Positions 14,000-26,979 of a stretch of 64,000 nucleotides of DNA are shown piece by piece. A program made the translations under genes and the position numbers. The notes under the pieces were generated by a model that saw only the letters and a list, made by a program, of their open reading frames with translations, was not told where the DNA came from and did no database searches. The stretch is from assembly GCF_018350175.1 (NCBI RefSeq), contig NC_058368.1, positions 163,868,001 to 163,932,000 of the forward strand, given 5' to 3'. The DNA is from Felis catus (Eukaryota). Numbering within the stretch: position 1 is the stretch's first letter; every line of letters begins with the position of its first letter.

Positions 14000-14221
14000 A
14001 TTCATTCATTCATGTTTATTTAGTTTTGAGAGAGAGAGAGAGAAAGACAGACAGAGAGTGAGCAGGGCCAGGGCAGAGAGAGGGAGACACAGAATCCGAA
14101 GCAGGCTCCAGGCTCTGAGCTGTCAGCACAGAGCCTGATGTGGGGCTCAAACTCACAAACCGTGAGATCATGACTTGAGCCAAAGTCAGATGCTTAACTG
14201 ATTGAGCTGCCAAGGTGCCCC
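14000..14221 (-). mobile_element. Felid SINE (SINEC_Fc2-like)
   Basis: SINEC body; TSD attttctttt on both sides. Confidence 0.93.
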
Positions 14222-16542
14222 AATTTTCTTTTTTTTATATATAATTATTAATGATCCATTTGATCCATAACAATTTAAATTTCACTTATCTGGGAGAAGT
14301 GGGAAGTAGGAAGAGCCATTATCTAATACCTCTAATTTTCTATAACTCTGCTGTTGACCCCTATCTCTTCCCTAAGAAGTTAGAGGGGACAGAAAAATTA
14401 CATTCATTTTATATTTACTATTGATTTTCTATATATTAATTTCCACCCTTACTGGAGCTACAGCTATGCACAAGATTACTTTTTGCCTTCTGAATTTTAC
14501 ACAGTGGTGGACTTTTAAAGATGCTCTGGCTATTGTCTCCAGTGGTTGCTCTAGTTCCATTTGTTGAGATTTAGAGTCCAGGTCGACTCTGAAGGCATCA
14601 TGAGATGAGGAGGAGAATTTTCTATATTTGAAAGCAATTCTTTTCTGAAATTGCTGGAGAAAAAAAAAGAAGTTCTATGAGCCTAGGAAACTGTGTGTAA
14701 TAGAAGTATGGCCCTGTGATATCGTGGGGAAAGTTTTCCTCTAACATTTTCTTAAGTACCTAAATGAAAAGAAAGTGTGTGCCCTACAGTATGTTTTGAA
14801 GTGTCATTTGAGAACCACTGTAATGCCCGCTGAGTGCAAAGCATCACTCCCATTGTCCTGCTTGGTGTCTGTAGAATCTCAGGTTTGCAAAACTATTAGA
14901 AGGTAATTTGGTCTAATCATCCTCTAGACGCTTAAGACACTTCTATGAGATTTCTACCAAGTAGTTATTCATTCTAAGTCTGAACACTTCCCATACTCAA
15001 ATTTATTACCTGTTTACTCCCTGAATCAGCATAATCCTTAAATATTTCAAACAGATAGAAAGTTTTTACTTGGTGAATTGAATCTATATTTCAGTAACCT
15101 TCATTCACATATAAGCTTCTTCCTCGTTCCATGAGTATCACTTGTTTACTGAGCCTTTCTAGGAATAAGGCAGTGTGCTTGGGGCTGGAACGAAGACACT
15201 CAAGTATCTTGAAGGACTCTATTAAAATACACACCATCACTCTGTAGGAACAATATGTTAGCCCATTAAAAGACACACTAATGTTTTATCAAGCATGAGT
15301 TTAAAAATAGAAAGCTGTTACTTTGGAAGCCAAAGGGTGGTCTACCAACTGAGATGGAGACCAAGGAGAGGAAGATGGTCAGCTGGGAGAAGCCCTGCTG
15401 GAAGAAGGCACAGGCATTGAGGCTGGACCCTGGATCTTGGGCCCTGGATTTGCTCATCTACTGAGAAATGCTGAAATGGGTGCCAGTGTGGTAAGTTCCC
15501 AGTTTCACTAGAAGTTAGCTTGTTGGAAATTATCCCAAAGGTTGCATTCTGCTACAAGAAAAGGAGTATTTTCTTTATTAATCTTTTTATGTCTAGAGCT
15601 TGGCATGGACCTTGGAACCACAAACTTTCTCAGAGCTGCCATACTCTATACCGTTTGCCTTGGTGTTAGCTTCTAGGATCACTCTTTCCTTGCAACACAG
15701 CAAGTTAAACTATCTTAAACATACATGTAAGTTTTATGTCATATGTAAAGGGCTATTTAATTGTAAATATTTCTATGCCATGTAAATGTTATTTAATCCT
15801 TCTCATTCTCTCCTTGTCATTCTCTCAGAGTACCCTAATTTTTGTTTCTTCATTAAAATATATTATGATACAGAATTTTGGTTCTTTGGCAGAGTTCTTA
15901 AAGATACATTTCAGTCCATTTACCGCTGAAGAAATGAGGCCCTGAGAAACTTCTTTACCCAAGAATGTATAGACTTGACTTGGCAGAGGAAGAACCCAGA
16001 ATTTAGTTTTAAGAGTTTCAGACTGGTACCCTTTCCTTTATATCACTGTTTTGTTTTTGTTTTTGTTTTTGTTTTATACCTTCCACCATCTACCCATGCC
16101 CACCTGCTCTCTTCTGTCTAGTTCAGAGATCATAGACTGTTTGGTCTATACTTTGTCTTAAAAAGTCTTATGGTATAGAGATTCATATATATACATACAT
16201 ATGTATATATATGTGTATATATGTATATATATGAATATACATATATATAAATTCAAAACTAACTAAATATTTATAAAATATTATAAATATATTTATTATA
16301 AATACAAAAGTTCAGATCTCCAGCTCTCTTGAAAAACCAAAAGACCTGGCTGTACTGGACCTGTATTCTCATTCCCTCAGGATAGAGCTCCCTCTAGGTC
16401 ACCAACACTCCATTATTTCTCACATAGCCTGCTTTACTCATTTACATGATCTTCCTGGCTCCTGTAAGCAGTCCAGATTGTGACAGCTAATCTAGGTAAT
16501 TCGCAAGCACACACACAGATGGGAGGAAGGAACTACATAATA

Positions 16543-17041
16543 CAGATCTTCTTCGACTTATGATAGGGTTCTGTCCTGATAAACTCATTGTAAACTGAAA
16601 ATGTTGTAAGTCCGAACTGCATTTAATGCACCCAACCTACTGAATATCACAGCTTAGCCCAATTTACTGTAGGTGTGCTCAGAATACTCACTTAGCCTAC
16701 AGTTGGGCAAAGTCCTCTCACACAAAACCTCTTTTATAACTATTGAACAAGATTACCTCTTGCCTTCTTTGAATATCTCACATAATTTATTGAATACCAT
16801 ACTGAAAATAATAGAATGGCTGTATGGGTTCAGAATGGTTTTAACCTTGTGACCATGTGTCTGCTGGGAGCTGCGGCTGCCACTGCCCAGCGTCAAGAGA
16901 GAGTGTGGTGCCACAAAGCACTAGTTGGGAAAAGATCAAATTCAAAATTTGAAGTACAGTTTCTACTAAACATATATCCCTTCTGTACCATGCTTAAATT
17001 GAAAATTTTACATTGAACTACTGTAAGTCAGGGACTGTCTG
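16543..17041 (+). mobile_element. Tc1/mariner Tigger-family MITE (MER47/Tigger5-like)
   Basis: Flanked by TA at 16541-16542 and 17042-17043. Imperfect TIRs cagatcttcttcgactta / taagtcagggactgtctg. Body resembles recalled MER47. Confidence 0.8.
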
Positions 17042-17618
17042 TATTATAGTCAGCACTCATGGTAGGCATTCTTAATCTGAGGTATGTGGATAGAATCTGA
17101 GGAGTTCGAGGACCCTTCTGAAAAGTTAGGCATCAGTTTATGCCTATGTCAAATTTATAATTTTCTAGTGCAACAGTATAAAGATGTTCTCGTTCCTCAA
17201 AGCAATCCACACCCTGAAAAGATTATAAAATCCTGGCCTGAAGTATCAATAGTATAATAACAACAATATTGAATAAAGTATAAAAATAACGCTCTAGGAG
17301 AGTCAAGTCCATGCAAAAATTTATAGATTTAAATGTCCTTTAATACAAACATTTAAAGTTCTGAAGCATTTCCCTATTTTTTGTTTGTTTTTGTATGTGA
17401 AAATAGAGTTTTGCACAAGGAAACATGATATGAGTTCCCTGAATTCTTTCGTTCAGCAAATATCCATGGAGTGCCTACTCTACAGGACAGGCACTGTTCT
17501 GGTGTTGTGGATACAGCAATGATCAGAACAGAAAAAAAAATCCATGCCCTCATGACTACATTCTTGTGGGAGAAGACACAACAAATAAACTAGTAAAATA
17601 CATGGTATATTAAAAGGT

Positions 17619-17807
17619 GGGGTTACCTAGGTGGCTCAGTCAGTTAAGCATCAACTTTAGCTCAGGTCATGATCTTGGGGTTCATGGGTTCCAATCCTGC
17701 ATCTGGCTCTCTGCTGTTAGTGCAGAGCCTGCTTCAGATCTTCTCTCTCTGTCTCTCTGCCCCTTCCCTGTGTTCTCTCTCAAAATAAATAAACATTAAA
17801 AAAAAAG
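17619..17807 (+). mobile_element. Carnivore SINE
   Basis: ggggttacctaggtggctcagtcagttaagc ... aataaataaacattaaaaa. Confidence 0.92.
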
Positions 17808-17890
17808 AAGGTGAAAGTAGTGTGTATAAACTAAAACAGAAGAGGGATAGATTACACCCGGGCTGGAATGGACAATGCTCCAATTGCAGT

Positions 17891-17947
17891 TTTCTTTCTT
17901 TTTTAGTTTTTCCACATTAAATTTTTTTTTTTTTTTACTGATTTTTG

Positions 17948-17995
<48 letters not shown>

Positions 17996-18157
17996 CAAGC
18001 AGGGGAGGGACAGACAGAGAGGGAGACACAGAATCCGAAGCAGGCTCCAGGCTCTGAGCTGTCAGCACAGCCCAACATGGGGCTTGAACTCATGAATCAC
18101 GAGATCATAACCTGAGCCAAAGTCTGATGCTTAACCGACTGGTTCCCCCAGCAGCCC
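17891..18157 (-). mobile_element. Felid SINE (SINEC_Fc2-like)
   Basis: SINEC body; TSD ctccaattgcagt at 17878-17890 and 18158-18170. Confidence 0.95.
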
Positions 18158-19878
18158 CTCCAATTGCAGTCTTAAGTTGAGTGGTGTGAGAAGGCCTCAC
18201 TGAGAACTGAGAAGGTACCATGTCAAAAACTTCAAGGGATGAGAATGAACAATGTGGGCAAATGGGGGAAGAGTGGTCTAGGTAGTGGGAGCAGTCCAAG
18301 CAAAGGATGCATTGTAGGATCTTGCCTGGCACGTTCTAGCAACTCAAGGAAGTCAATGTGGCTGCAACAGAATGATCCAGGGGAAGAGGAGTAAAGGGGC
18401 AAAAGGGAGAGTTGTAGGAGCACCTTTTGATGAACCACAGTAACAGGGAACTGGTAGCTGCAATTGTTCATCAAATGAGACAACCTCAAAGTCTATTGAA
18501 GTACAGCATCAGCTCTGGGGGAATTACAACTTGAATTATTAACTTACAAGGAAATAGGCCTTGTTGGGGGAGGCAGTCCAGGGAGGAGAATGACCATGGG
18601 GGAAGGAGAGCCAGCCTGGGAGGGAGATTTATTCATGTGAGCAACACATCTGTTCTGGGAGACACAAGGGCTCTTATTTCAGGTCTGCCTCTTGCTGACT
18701 CAAATAATTATGGACTGAAGAAAACATTGGGGTTAATGCCATTGATCCTGTTATCTGGGGGTATGTCGATGCTGGGAAGCAGTCTCTGTGACTGATGGAT
18801 CTTTGCTTTAGGGAGTTCATATTAAGCAGGTGACCGTACAGCATTTGTGTTGTTTTAGGACATTTATCCTCTATACAGTAAATTCATGTTTTATACCAAT
18901 GCTTACATAACTGTGCTTTCTGTATTTTATTTCTACTTCTAAATTGTATTAATTCTATTTAAAAATTAGGGATGGAACAACAAAGAAGAGATAGTTTCAT
19001 CATTCCAAGTCTCATTTCTGGACATATCAGGCATGTTACTGGAGGTTTGGAAGGAAGTTTTTGCTAGTTCAAGATGTATTTTAATATATAATGTGGAATA
19101 ATGCTAACATAGAATATAAAATATTTATGACTTATTGAGGAAAAACAACAAGGGCCTTCTGTGAAGTGACCAAAATGATAGAATGTCGACCCAAGATTGA
19201 AAGCAGATAGGGCAGTATTATGTACTTAGAAAAGAGCTTCTATTTTAGCCCTCTTGAGGTCTGGAGAACTGCTGGGTTCTATCAATATTTTGAGCAGGGT
19301 CAACCAATGCACAAGGGAGGACAGAGGTCTGCTTGAGGTCTGACACCCCATAGATAGCTCAATCAGGATTAGCCATGGCCGTTTCTGGTTTTTGTCCTTT
19401 GCTTTGATTACTATTCCACATGGCCTCCTGAAATATGTATACCATCCTTCTGCAACACCACAGCAAGGTTTAAGAACACATTTTATCAAAAACATATTCT
19501 TTCTATTATAAATATGCTTAGTTTGCAAGAAGGAAAGAAATGGTAGATTATTTAAGACTGGCAAAAGGCTAACGTTTCCTACAAAATTGATTTGGCAATA
19601 CATCAACCTTTTAAAGAGAAATTGATTTTTTAAAAACTTTATATTAAACCGCAGCCTGGGTGATTTTGTTATGCACTATTTATGGGTGGGGTAGGTGATA
19701 ATGTAAGGAAGCAGGGTGATATATGCTTGCCCATATTCATCTAATTCTAAAATACTCTATATATCTTTAGCAATAAAGCAAAAATCCCAAGCAATAAAAA
19801 AAGCCCTCACGTTAAGACTTTCCAAAGCTCAAACATGGAAAAACAATGAAAGTTAAAGATTCTATATAGCCACTGTAC

Positions 19879-22218
19879 CTGTCAAGGCTTTCTGCTTCCG
19901 AGGCGACAGCAATATGTCTATTTGGTGATAGTAAGTTTCCTTTGGGTCATTTCTATCTCCTTCAAAATCTGGCTTTGTTGATGCAATCCTTTGGTACTCT
20001 GCTGGCTCCTCTTTAAAACTGGTTAGTCCAAGGCCTTTGTCATCTTGGTTGCCATATTGGTCTGCATCATTGGTCAGTGTCTTCTCAATAAACAGATTAT
20101 CTGCAGCACATTCTGTGCAGTTGAACTCAGTGGTGTTCGGCAAATCCATTTGGAAACAGACTTCATTGTGGTTCTCATTTGATAGGCCTTCAAAATCTCT
20201 ATGGCATGCATTCTTTACCACTGGCATTATTTCCAATTTGTCTTTTTCACCATTTCCCAGGGAGCTGGGTGAGTCTTTAGGATTTTTTATTCCCATGGGA
20301 CAATTAGAATGAACCGTGCCTCCTTTATCATTATGAATAATTAATCTTTGCTCTAATTCATCAGTTATTAAGGTCATGACTAGCTCTGTTGTTTTGCTGG
20401 GCACTGCTATCTCTGGATGACCCGTCTGGGATTTTGTTTGACTCCATTCCACAGTGCTATGGCTGTTCCTGTTGAGTGGGCTGCTGGCAGAGAGGCTGCT
20501 GGAGGATTCAGGACTGAGAGTTGGACATCGTGTACTCTTCATTTCCAGTAGTTGCTGTGCGTTTGTACGAGAGTCACTATGTAAAGCGGCCTTGTTAAAG
20601 TCTCTGTCAGTCATATCGATATGCTCTTCCTCACAGGTTTTCAAAAGTTCAGCACAATGATTAAAAGAAAATGTGTCCCCAGGGACTTCTTTCACTTCTG
20701 ATTGTCTGGTGGCCCAGTGGGATGGGCTGAATGAGGTGGAAGGCTTCAGAACATTTTGACTGGAAGGCAAAGATAAAGAACTTGATTCCTCACAACAATC
20801 TGCAGTTGGAATTTTGCTGCCTTTGCAGTGAGTGCTGGCTGCTTTTTCTCCTACCACTTGCCTGCTCAGAGAAGATGAAGAACAGAAGTCAGAATCTTTG
20901 CCATCTTGAACTGGGAAGATGTCAGTAATGGCACTTGGCAAATAATTTATTCCTTCTGGGCTTTGCCGTGTACATGAGTCTGATGTGATATTTTCTGGTA
21001 TATCGAAGACGAGTTTTCTCTCTCTATCCACATCCTTCAGATCCTCAAAAGGCATGCTACTTAAGTCTGTATCACTTAAACTTGTGGTCTTTAGGGTACC
21101 TTGTGAAATAGGAGGAATTTTTTTGAGAAGAGGCTCAGCCTCAGAGAAATTTTTCTTCTTGAGGATGTTCTGACCAATTTTAAAGTCCTTCTGCTGAGAC
21201 ATGGCAGATTCTACCTCACAGTCATCTAAAACTGAAGATAGTGAGCCAGGCTTAGTCTTCTCCCTCTCAGGGGTTGAGCACAGACACTCCACCTCCCTAT
21301 CAACATTCTTCTCCTTCTGGATGGCACACACAATAGGAGGAGAGACAGGAGAACAGTCTGAACTCTGATGCTTGTTCTCAAGCTTCCACTTTTCAGGGCA
21401 CCTAATATCAGACTGTAGAGAAGACCTGGAACATTCTTCAGTAGTGTGACCGGAGGAAATGTTTCTGTATTTAGCTCTTTTCCCCCTTCTTTTAGGATAA
21501 GCTATATTAATTAATATATTCTGTTTCTTACTCATGTATTTAACTTTAATTTCTTTTCCTACAATGCTTACTTTTAGTGAAGGTCTCCCTTTTCTGGCAC
21601 CTTCTCCTTCAGATTCAGATGGCACCTCAGGCTTTAGGTCTTCTACTAACATATTCCTGTATATAGAAGAGCAGCTTCTAGAAGTATAGCATCTCTGACT
21701 GTGTCTGGAAAAGTAATGCTGATGACATTTTGGACATCTCCTTTTTGTTGGGAACTGCATTCCTGTTTCACAGAAAAATCTATTCTTGATTTCTACTTGC
21801 ACACTGAAAGCCCCACATTTCACTTCTGTAATAATTTTGCCTTTTGCTGGTTTAAAGGCTTCTACTGTGTTTGGGAAATCCTGCAGTATGATTTTTTCTG
21901 ATAATGATTCTTTACAGTCATTAAACATGGCCACTGACAGCACTTTGTCTCGTTGATGAGAAATGGATGATGGAGGATCATCATTCTCCTTCTCCCTACT
22001 TATTTTGCTGTCAGATGAAAGTTGTTTATTATCTTTAGGGAGGAAAAGTGAATTCTGTTTTCCATTCACAGAAGCAGATGTATGCTCATCTCCATTTTCC
22101 TTAGATTTCCCTAACGCCCTAATCTGATGAAACTTGGCTTCTGGGGTGTCTCCTTTGACTTCCTTTTCAAGATCTTTTATATTTTTTTGGTATACCTGAT
22201 TAGTAGGTTGAGGTTCAC
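19879..22218 (-). CDS. PDZPH1: PDZPH1-like gene, giant coding exon (2340 nt = 780 codons, phase 1-1), Ser/Lys/Glu-rich and mostly disordered-looking
   Basis: Core of the 827-aa ORF. The ORF's first ~42 codons translate the polypyrimidine tract (FFFFF) before acceptor ttccttcttgtttAG| (22220-22219). Donor ACAG|gtacag (GT at 19878-19877). A 2.3-kb stop-free frame in AT-rich DNA implies coding selection; no transposon motifs seen. Confidence 0.88.
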
Positions 22219-22502
22219 CTAAACAAGAAGGAAAAAAAAAGAAGAAAGAAAGAAGAAAAATATTTTCTGTGTCCTTTTGAAGAGCAGATGGGATGCAAAT
22301 TCTTGGGTACAATTCCATGCATATTCTTTGTAATTTGAGTAACATTTTTCATTCATTTCTAGTATGCAAAGATATTTTCCACAAAAATTCATTTCTAATA
22401 AATATCTCCTTTTAAATCAATTATCTTAGAATACAGAATATTGCTAGATAGTTCTAGGAAATAAGAATGTAATCAAAGTTTATTCTAAAACAGAGACTTC
22501 CA

Positions 22503-22719
22503 GGGGTGCCTGGGTGGCTCAGTCAGTTGGGAGACAGACTTCAGCTCAGCTCATGATCTCGCGGTTCAGTTCATGAGTTCGAGCCCTGCTTCAGGCTCTG
22601 TGCTGACAGCTCAGAGCCTGGAGCCTGTTTTGGATTCTGTGTCTCCCTGTCTCTCTGCCCCTCCCCCACTCATCCTTTGTCCTTCTCCCAGAAATAAACA
22701 AACATTAAAAAAAAAAATT
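22503..22719 (+). mobile_element. Felid SINE (SINEC_Fc2-like)
   Basis: TSD aaaacagagacttcca at 22487-22502 and 22720-22735. Confidence 0.96.
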
Positions 22720-23274
22720 AAAACAGAGACTTCCAAAATGGGTGAAATGAAAATTTCAGAGCAAACTTACGCAAATAAATTTTGAGACTTCTTGATAAAG
22801 AGTAAGTTACCATGTTCAAGTATTTGAACATGGCATTATAATGCCACAGGCTAAATCAAGCCTGATCTAATTTGAGAAGGTACAACAAATAAAGAGATCC
22901 AAGTATGGGTTATAAACAGCCTTTTAAGCAGGTCTGATAGTTACCTTTGCCCAGGGTAGGATTGTTTTTGTTTTTGTTTTTTTTTAATAGGACAGAGAAG
23001 GTATCCTAGTATTGTCAGATACTATCATTTTCCAGGAGAAGAACTAGAGTCTGGATTTATTATATTGTGAAATCTCCTAATTTCTAAGGATGGTCTCACA
23101 TTTTAAAAAACCCTCTATAGATGGAGGCTAATATATTTAGGGACCAGCATTGGCCCTAGAACTGCCAGCTGGCAAGCTTTACTCTCTACTTTATAATTTT
23201 AGGATGTTTTGCTTAAAAAATTTGTGAACCTGAGCTTGAAGTAGCAGATCTTAGGTAAAAAAAAAAAAGTAAAC

Positions 23275-23408
23275 ATGGGTGTGGGAGGGAGGGGAGGGTG
23301 GGTGATGGGTATTGAGGAGGGCACCTGTTGGGATGAGCACTGGGTGTTGTATGGAAACCAATTTGACAATAAATTTCATATTAAAAAAATAAAAAATAAA
23401 AATAAAAT
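23275..23408 (+). mobile_element. 5'-truncated felid L1 3' end
   Basis: G-rich tract followed by ttgggatgagcactgggtgttgtatggaaaccaatttgacaataaattt and an A-tail. Confidence 0.9.
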
Positions 23409-23599
23409 GTAAACTTTTTAACTCTTAAACAGTGAACAAAACGCAAAGATCTCATATCTTTTAAACTACATCTGAAAGAGAGTATTGGGAAAGGCAAAGA
23501 AAGAATGGGCAACAAATAGATAGTGATGTCATGGAAATCTATGAACCAGGTCTCCACAGAGATAATTTTAATAAGGTGATTAAGCTAAAAGTTGGAAAA

Positions 23600-23814
23600 G
23601 ATTATTTATAATTATTATTTTTTTAATGTTTATTCATTTTTGAGAGAGAGAGGCAGAACATGAGCTGGGGAAGGGTAGAAAGAGAGAGGGAGATGGAGAA
23701 TCTGAAGCAGGCTCCAGGTTCTTTGCCGACACAGGGTTCGAACTCACTAACCGTGAGATCATGACCTGAGCTGAAATCAGACGTTTAACCGACTGAGCCA
23801 CCCAGGCGGCCCCC
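23600..23814 (-). mobile_element. Felid SINE
   Basis: SINEC body ending gagccacccaggcggcccc. Confidence 0.92.
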
Positions 23815-24715
23815 TAATGATTTAAAATGCTTTCTCAATTTGGCTATGAAGCTATGATTTTATATATACCTACATATTTTAGTAAAGATATTTATAAAAA
23901 GACTTACATAAAGAGTAAAAAATTATCATTAATGAGAAAAAGAATAACATCCTACCAAAGTTTGGCTAGAGGTGGCATAGAAGTATGGGGTGCAGAAATA
24001 GAATTGCTGTTTCAGAATCAAATAAAGATTCGTAGGTTTAGGAATCACAACTTTCCAACTTTAGGTTCTCAAACACGCTGGGGTTCCACTGAGTTACCAT
24101 TTGCCTCTCTTCTAGTCTGAGGGAATGACTTTTCTCAAGGCAAGTACTGAAACAGTTCCCAGTGGTCTGCTTACAATCTGAGAGCTGTAATGCAGAAATC
24201 ATGGAAGAAAAGACGTGGAAACATGTCTCTCTAAAGCCTATTTGTAATACACCATGTATACTATAGCAATTTATATACTAGTGGACTGCCTTCCAAAACT
24301 ATAGATTACAATTTATTCTTAAAATAACACCCTCACGCCAAGAACAGTTCAGTTTATAGCCTTTTTCAATTTTATAATTTTACAGTTTATAGCCTCTTTC
24401 AACTGACTGTAGTTCAATTTCTATGAGTAGCAAGACAGAACTGAGATAGTTATATAATAATCCACTGATAACAGATTCTAAGAATAGAATTCTTCATATT
24501 CTTTGTCTGAATATTTTTATTTAAATTTTTATTCATAATATATGCCATTAATAATGAATGCAGATGTTTATACATAACAACCGATCAAACTTCTAAATCA
24601 TTTTATTACACTTCTATGCATTTGTCTTCCTACTTTTATAGACATTCTGTGATACACAAAATACGTGGCTGGGTTCATTTTATATATACTTATAAAACCA
24701 ATGAATTAGACTTAC

Positions 24716-24807
24716 ATACTGTAGGATTCAGGATTTTCCATTTTTTATAGGCTTTTCTTCTTTTCCTCTTCATTTTGGGGAGCTGAGCATCTTCAGCTTT
24801 CACTGTC
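24716..24807 (-). CDS. PDZPH1: PDZPH1-like gene, coding exon (92 nt): TVKAEDAQLPKMKRKRRKAYKKWKILNPTV(C); contains a possible start ATG at 24773
   Basis: Acceptor gcttttaaAG| (24809-24808) and donor GTAT|gtaagt (24715-24714). Ends in phase 1, so T+GT=Cys joins the giant exon in frame. ATG context aaaATGa has A at -3. Too short to appear in the ORF track. Confidence 0.75.
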
Positions 24808-26139
24808 CTTTAAAAGCATAAAATGCAAAGTTATTTTCTACTCAGAATTAGGTTTAGTAAAATTTCTAACAACTCATTTGCCAGCTTGAAACATAATATC
24901 ATTTTCGGGTATCCAATAGTGTTCTCCTTCAAATATATTTTATTACTATAATTATATTTTCTATCCTGTTTAATTCTACTTAACCAATTTTCATCTATGC
25001 CAACTATTTAGAGTCCATTATTATATACCATGTGAATATTCAAACATATTTCTTCATATGTGTAGATATTTAGGATGTAAGTTATAAAATTATATTCTGC
25101 TTCATTGATTATTTTTATACTCCAACTTTTCTTAGCCTAATAGAAATATCTATTTTTTGTGAAGTTGACCTAAATTTATTATCATCATATTTGTAGCCCT
25201 GCTAAATTAAGTAGGGTAGGGAGATTGTTTGCCACCATTACATTATCTCCATATACCCTATATTTAAATAAAAGATTAGATACACACTCTATAGTCTCTG
25301 TAGAAGAATGAATTATTTGTAGAAGATAAAATTAATTCTGTACCTTTCTTGTGGAACAAATGGTATTTTTCCTGTTGATGATATCTTAATAAAAAGTATT
25401 AGGGAAGATACTTGGGAGAGACACAGCCTATAACTTCCCCACTATCACCTCAGTAGTTATCTGCCCGTGCTTAGAGCTAAGCCTGATTCAGTTGCTTTCC
25501 TTTTAGAGGATTAAACTGTCTGCAGAGATGTGAAGAGAAATAGCTTCACTCTAAAGCAGTTTGTTTTGCGTGTATTAGGTAGACTGTGCCTTTGGACACC
25601 TCAGCAGAACAGCTCAACTTTTATCTGTTTTACAGGTAACTCAAAAAAAAAAAGGGGGGGGGGCTGTTTTGTGACCAGTTTTGGCAAATTTTATTTAAAT
25701 TCTTCTCAACTCATCTCTCTCCTCAAAATCCCCTATATCATTGTATGTGATGATTTCAAATCACTTTTCCTCTAGAAACTCTCAAAATCTCATAATTTTC
25801 TGAAAATTCTTTTTCCTGAGGCAACCTTTTTTATACAGAGCCATTGACACTCTTTTGGCGTGTTCCAATTATCCTTTCTATTCTCTCCCCCAATATGCAC
25901 AATTAAGTTCCTATGGCTGACTAAGCAAGCAATAATCCTTTATTCTTAGAAGACCAACATGGGGGTTGGGTGGGGGAGAGGATTACAAACATGTAATTAA
26001 TATCTTTCTTTTTTTTTAATCCCTGTCTTATACATAAAGGGTTTTCTAATCTAAAAAAAAAATGCTTCAAAAGCATTTGACTGGGTTATTGATTATTTCT
26101 CTATGGTCCCATATAGTTTGAACAGCGAAACGTAGGCGG

Positions 26140-26340
26140 CTGCACTGTGTTTAGTACAGAGTACTCTGGGCTTTGACTCAGAAGGGATCTTGGTTGTGGT
26201 CTGGCTCTGCTGTTTACTCAGGGCAGGTCATGCAATTTCTGTGAGGCTGTTTCCTTTGCCTCTGAGATGGAAATGGTAGCAAATTTCACCTTACAGAATT
26301 GTCTTGAAGAAACAACTGAAATGTGTGATAAATGGTTCCA
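26140..26340 (+). mobile_element. MIR remnant
   Basis: MIR-like text (ctggctctgctgtttactcagggcaggtcatgcaatttctgtgaggctgtttcc...). Confidence 0.55.
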
Positions 26341-26979
26341 GTCAAACTTCATCATTCTTAACTTTATATTGGAGAATATATACATATCTGTTAGACACAC
26401 GCATTTGTATTGAGCACCTGACATTGGGAGAATATCTGTCACGTCCAAGCTGCAAATGAATGCTTAGATAAAGCTGATCAAACCATAAACTCTTTTTGAG
26501 CCAGAATATCTAAATGTTCAAGATCATCACATTCAAAATTCTCATTTTGCAGGGGAGAAGCTGATATTCAGAGAATCCTTATTTCCTGTATCACACTAAT
26601 AGTGGCAATTGAAGACTAGAACCCAGGCTGTTGGGACTTAGGCTAACTCTGTCTTTGAGCAGATATACAAGGTATATAGATGCCCTGAGATTGCTTCTGA
26701 TCATACAGAGCAAATTTTATAATTAGTTTGCGCTTTACCTCAGAGCATGACAACTTTGATCCAGGAAATTAAATGTACTGCTGAATATTGAATATTCAGG
26801 CACAGTGCCTGACACAATAGGCACCTAATAAATATGTATGACCAAGTGAATTAGATGGATAGCTCAGTTTGTATCAAATTATGTTTTTAATGATGTCTTC
26901 TTATATTTCTGAATGTATTCTTTCCTTTTACTGTGTATTAATTTGTTGATCATTAATAAAAGTCTATTTTAAGAAGACC

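Noticed and set aside
19226..19606. 126-aa minus-strand ORF just past the giant exon
   Set aside because: No convincing splice sites or motif; the flanking exons already join in frame without it.
20037..21901. Several plus-strand ORFs
   Set aside because: Antisense shadows of the giant coding exon.
22219..22345. N-terminal ~42 aa of the 827-aa ORF, read as an intronless gene or with a signal peptide
   Set aside because: The hydrophobic FLLSFFFFF is the translated polypyrimidine tract of the splice acceptor.
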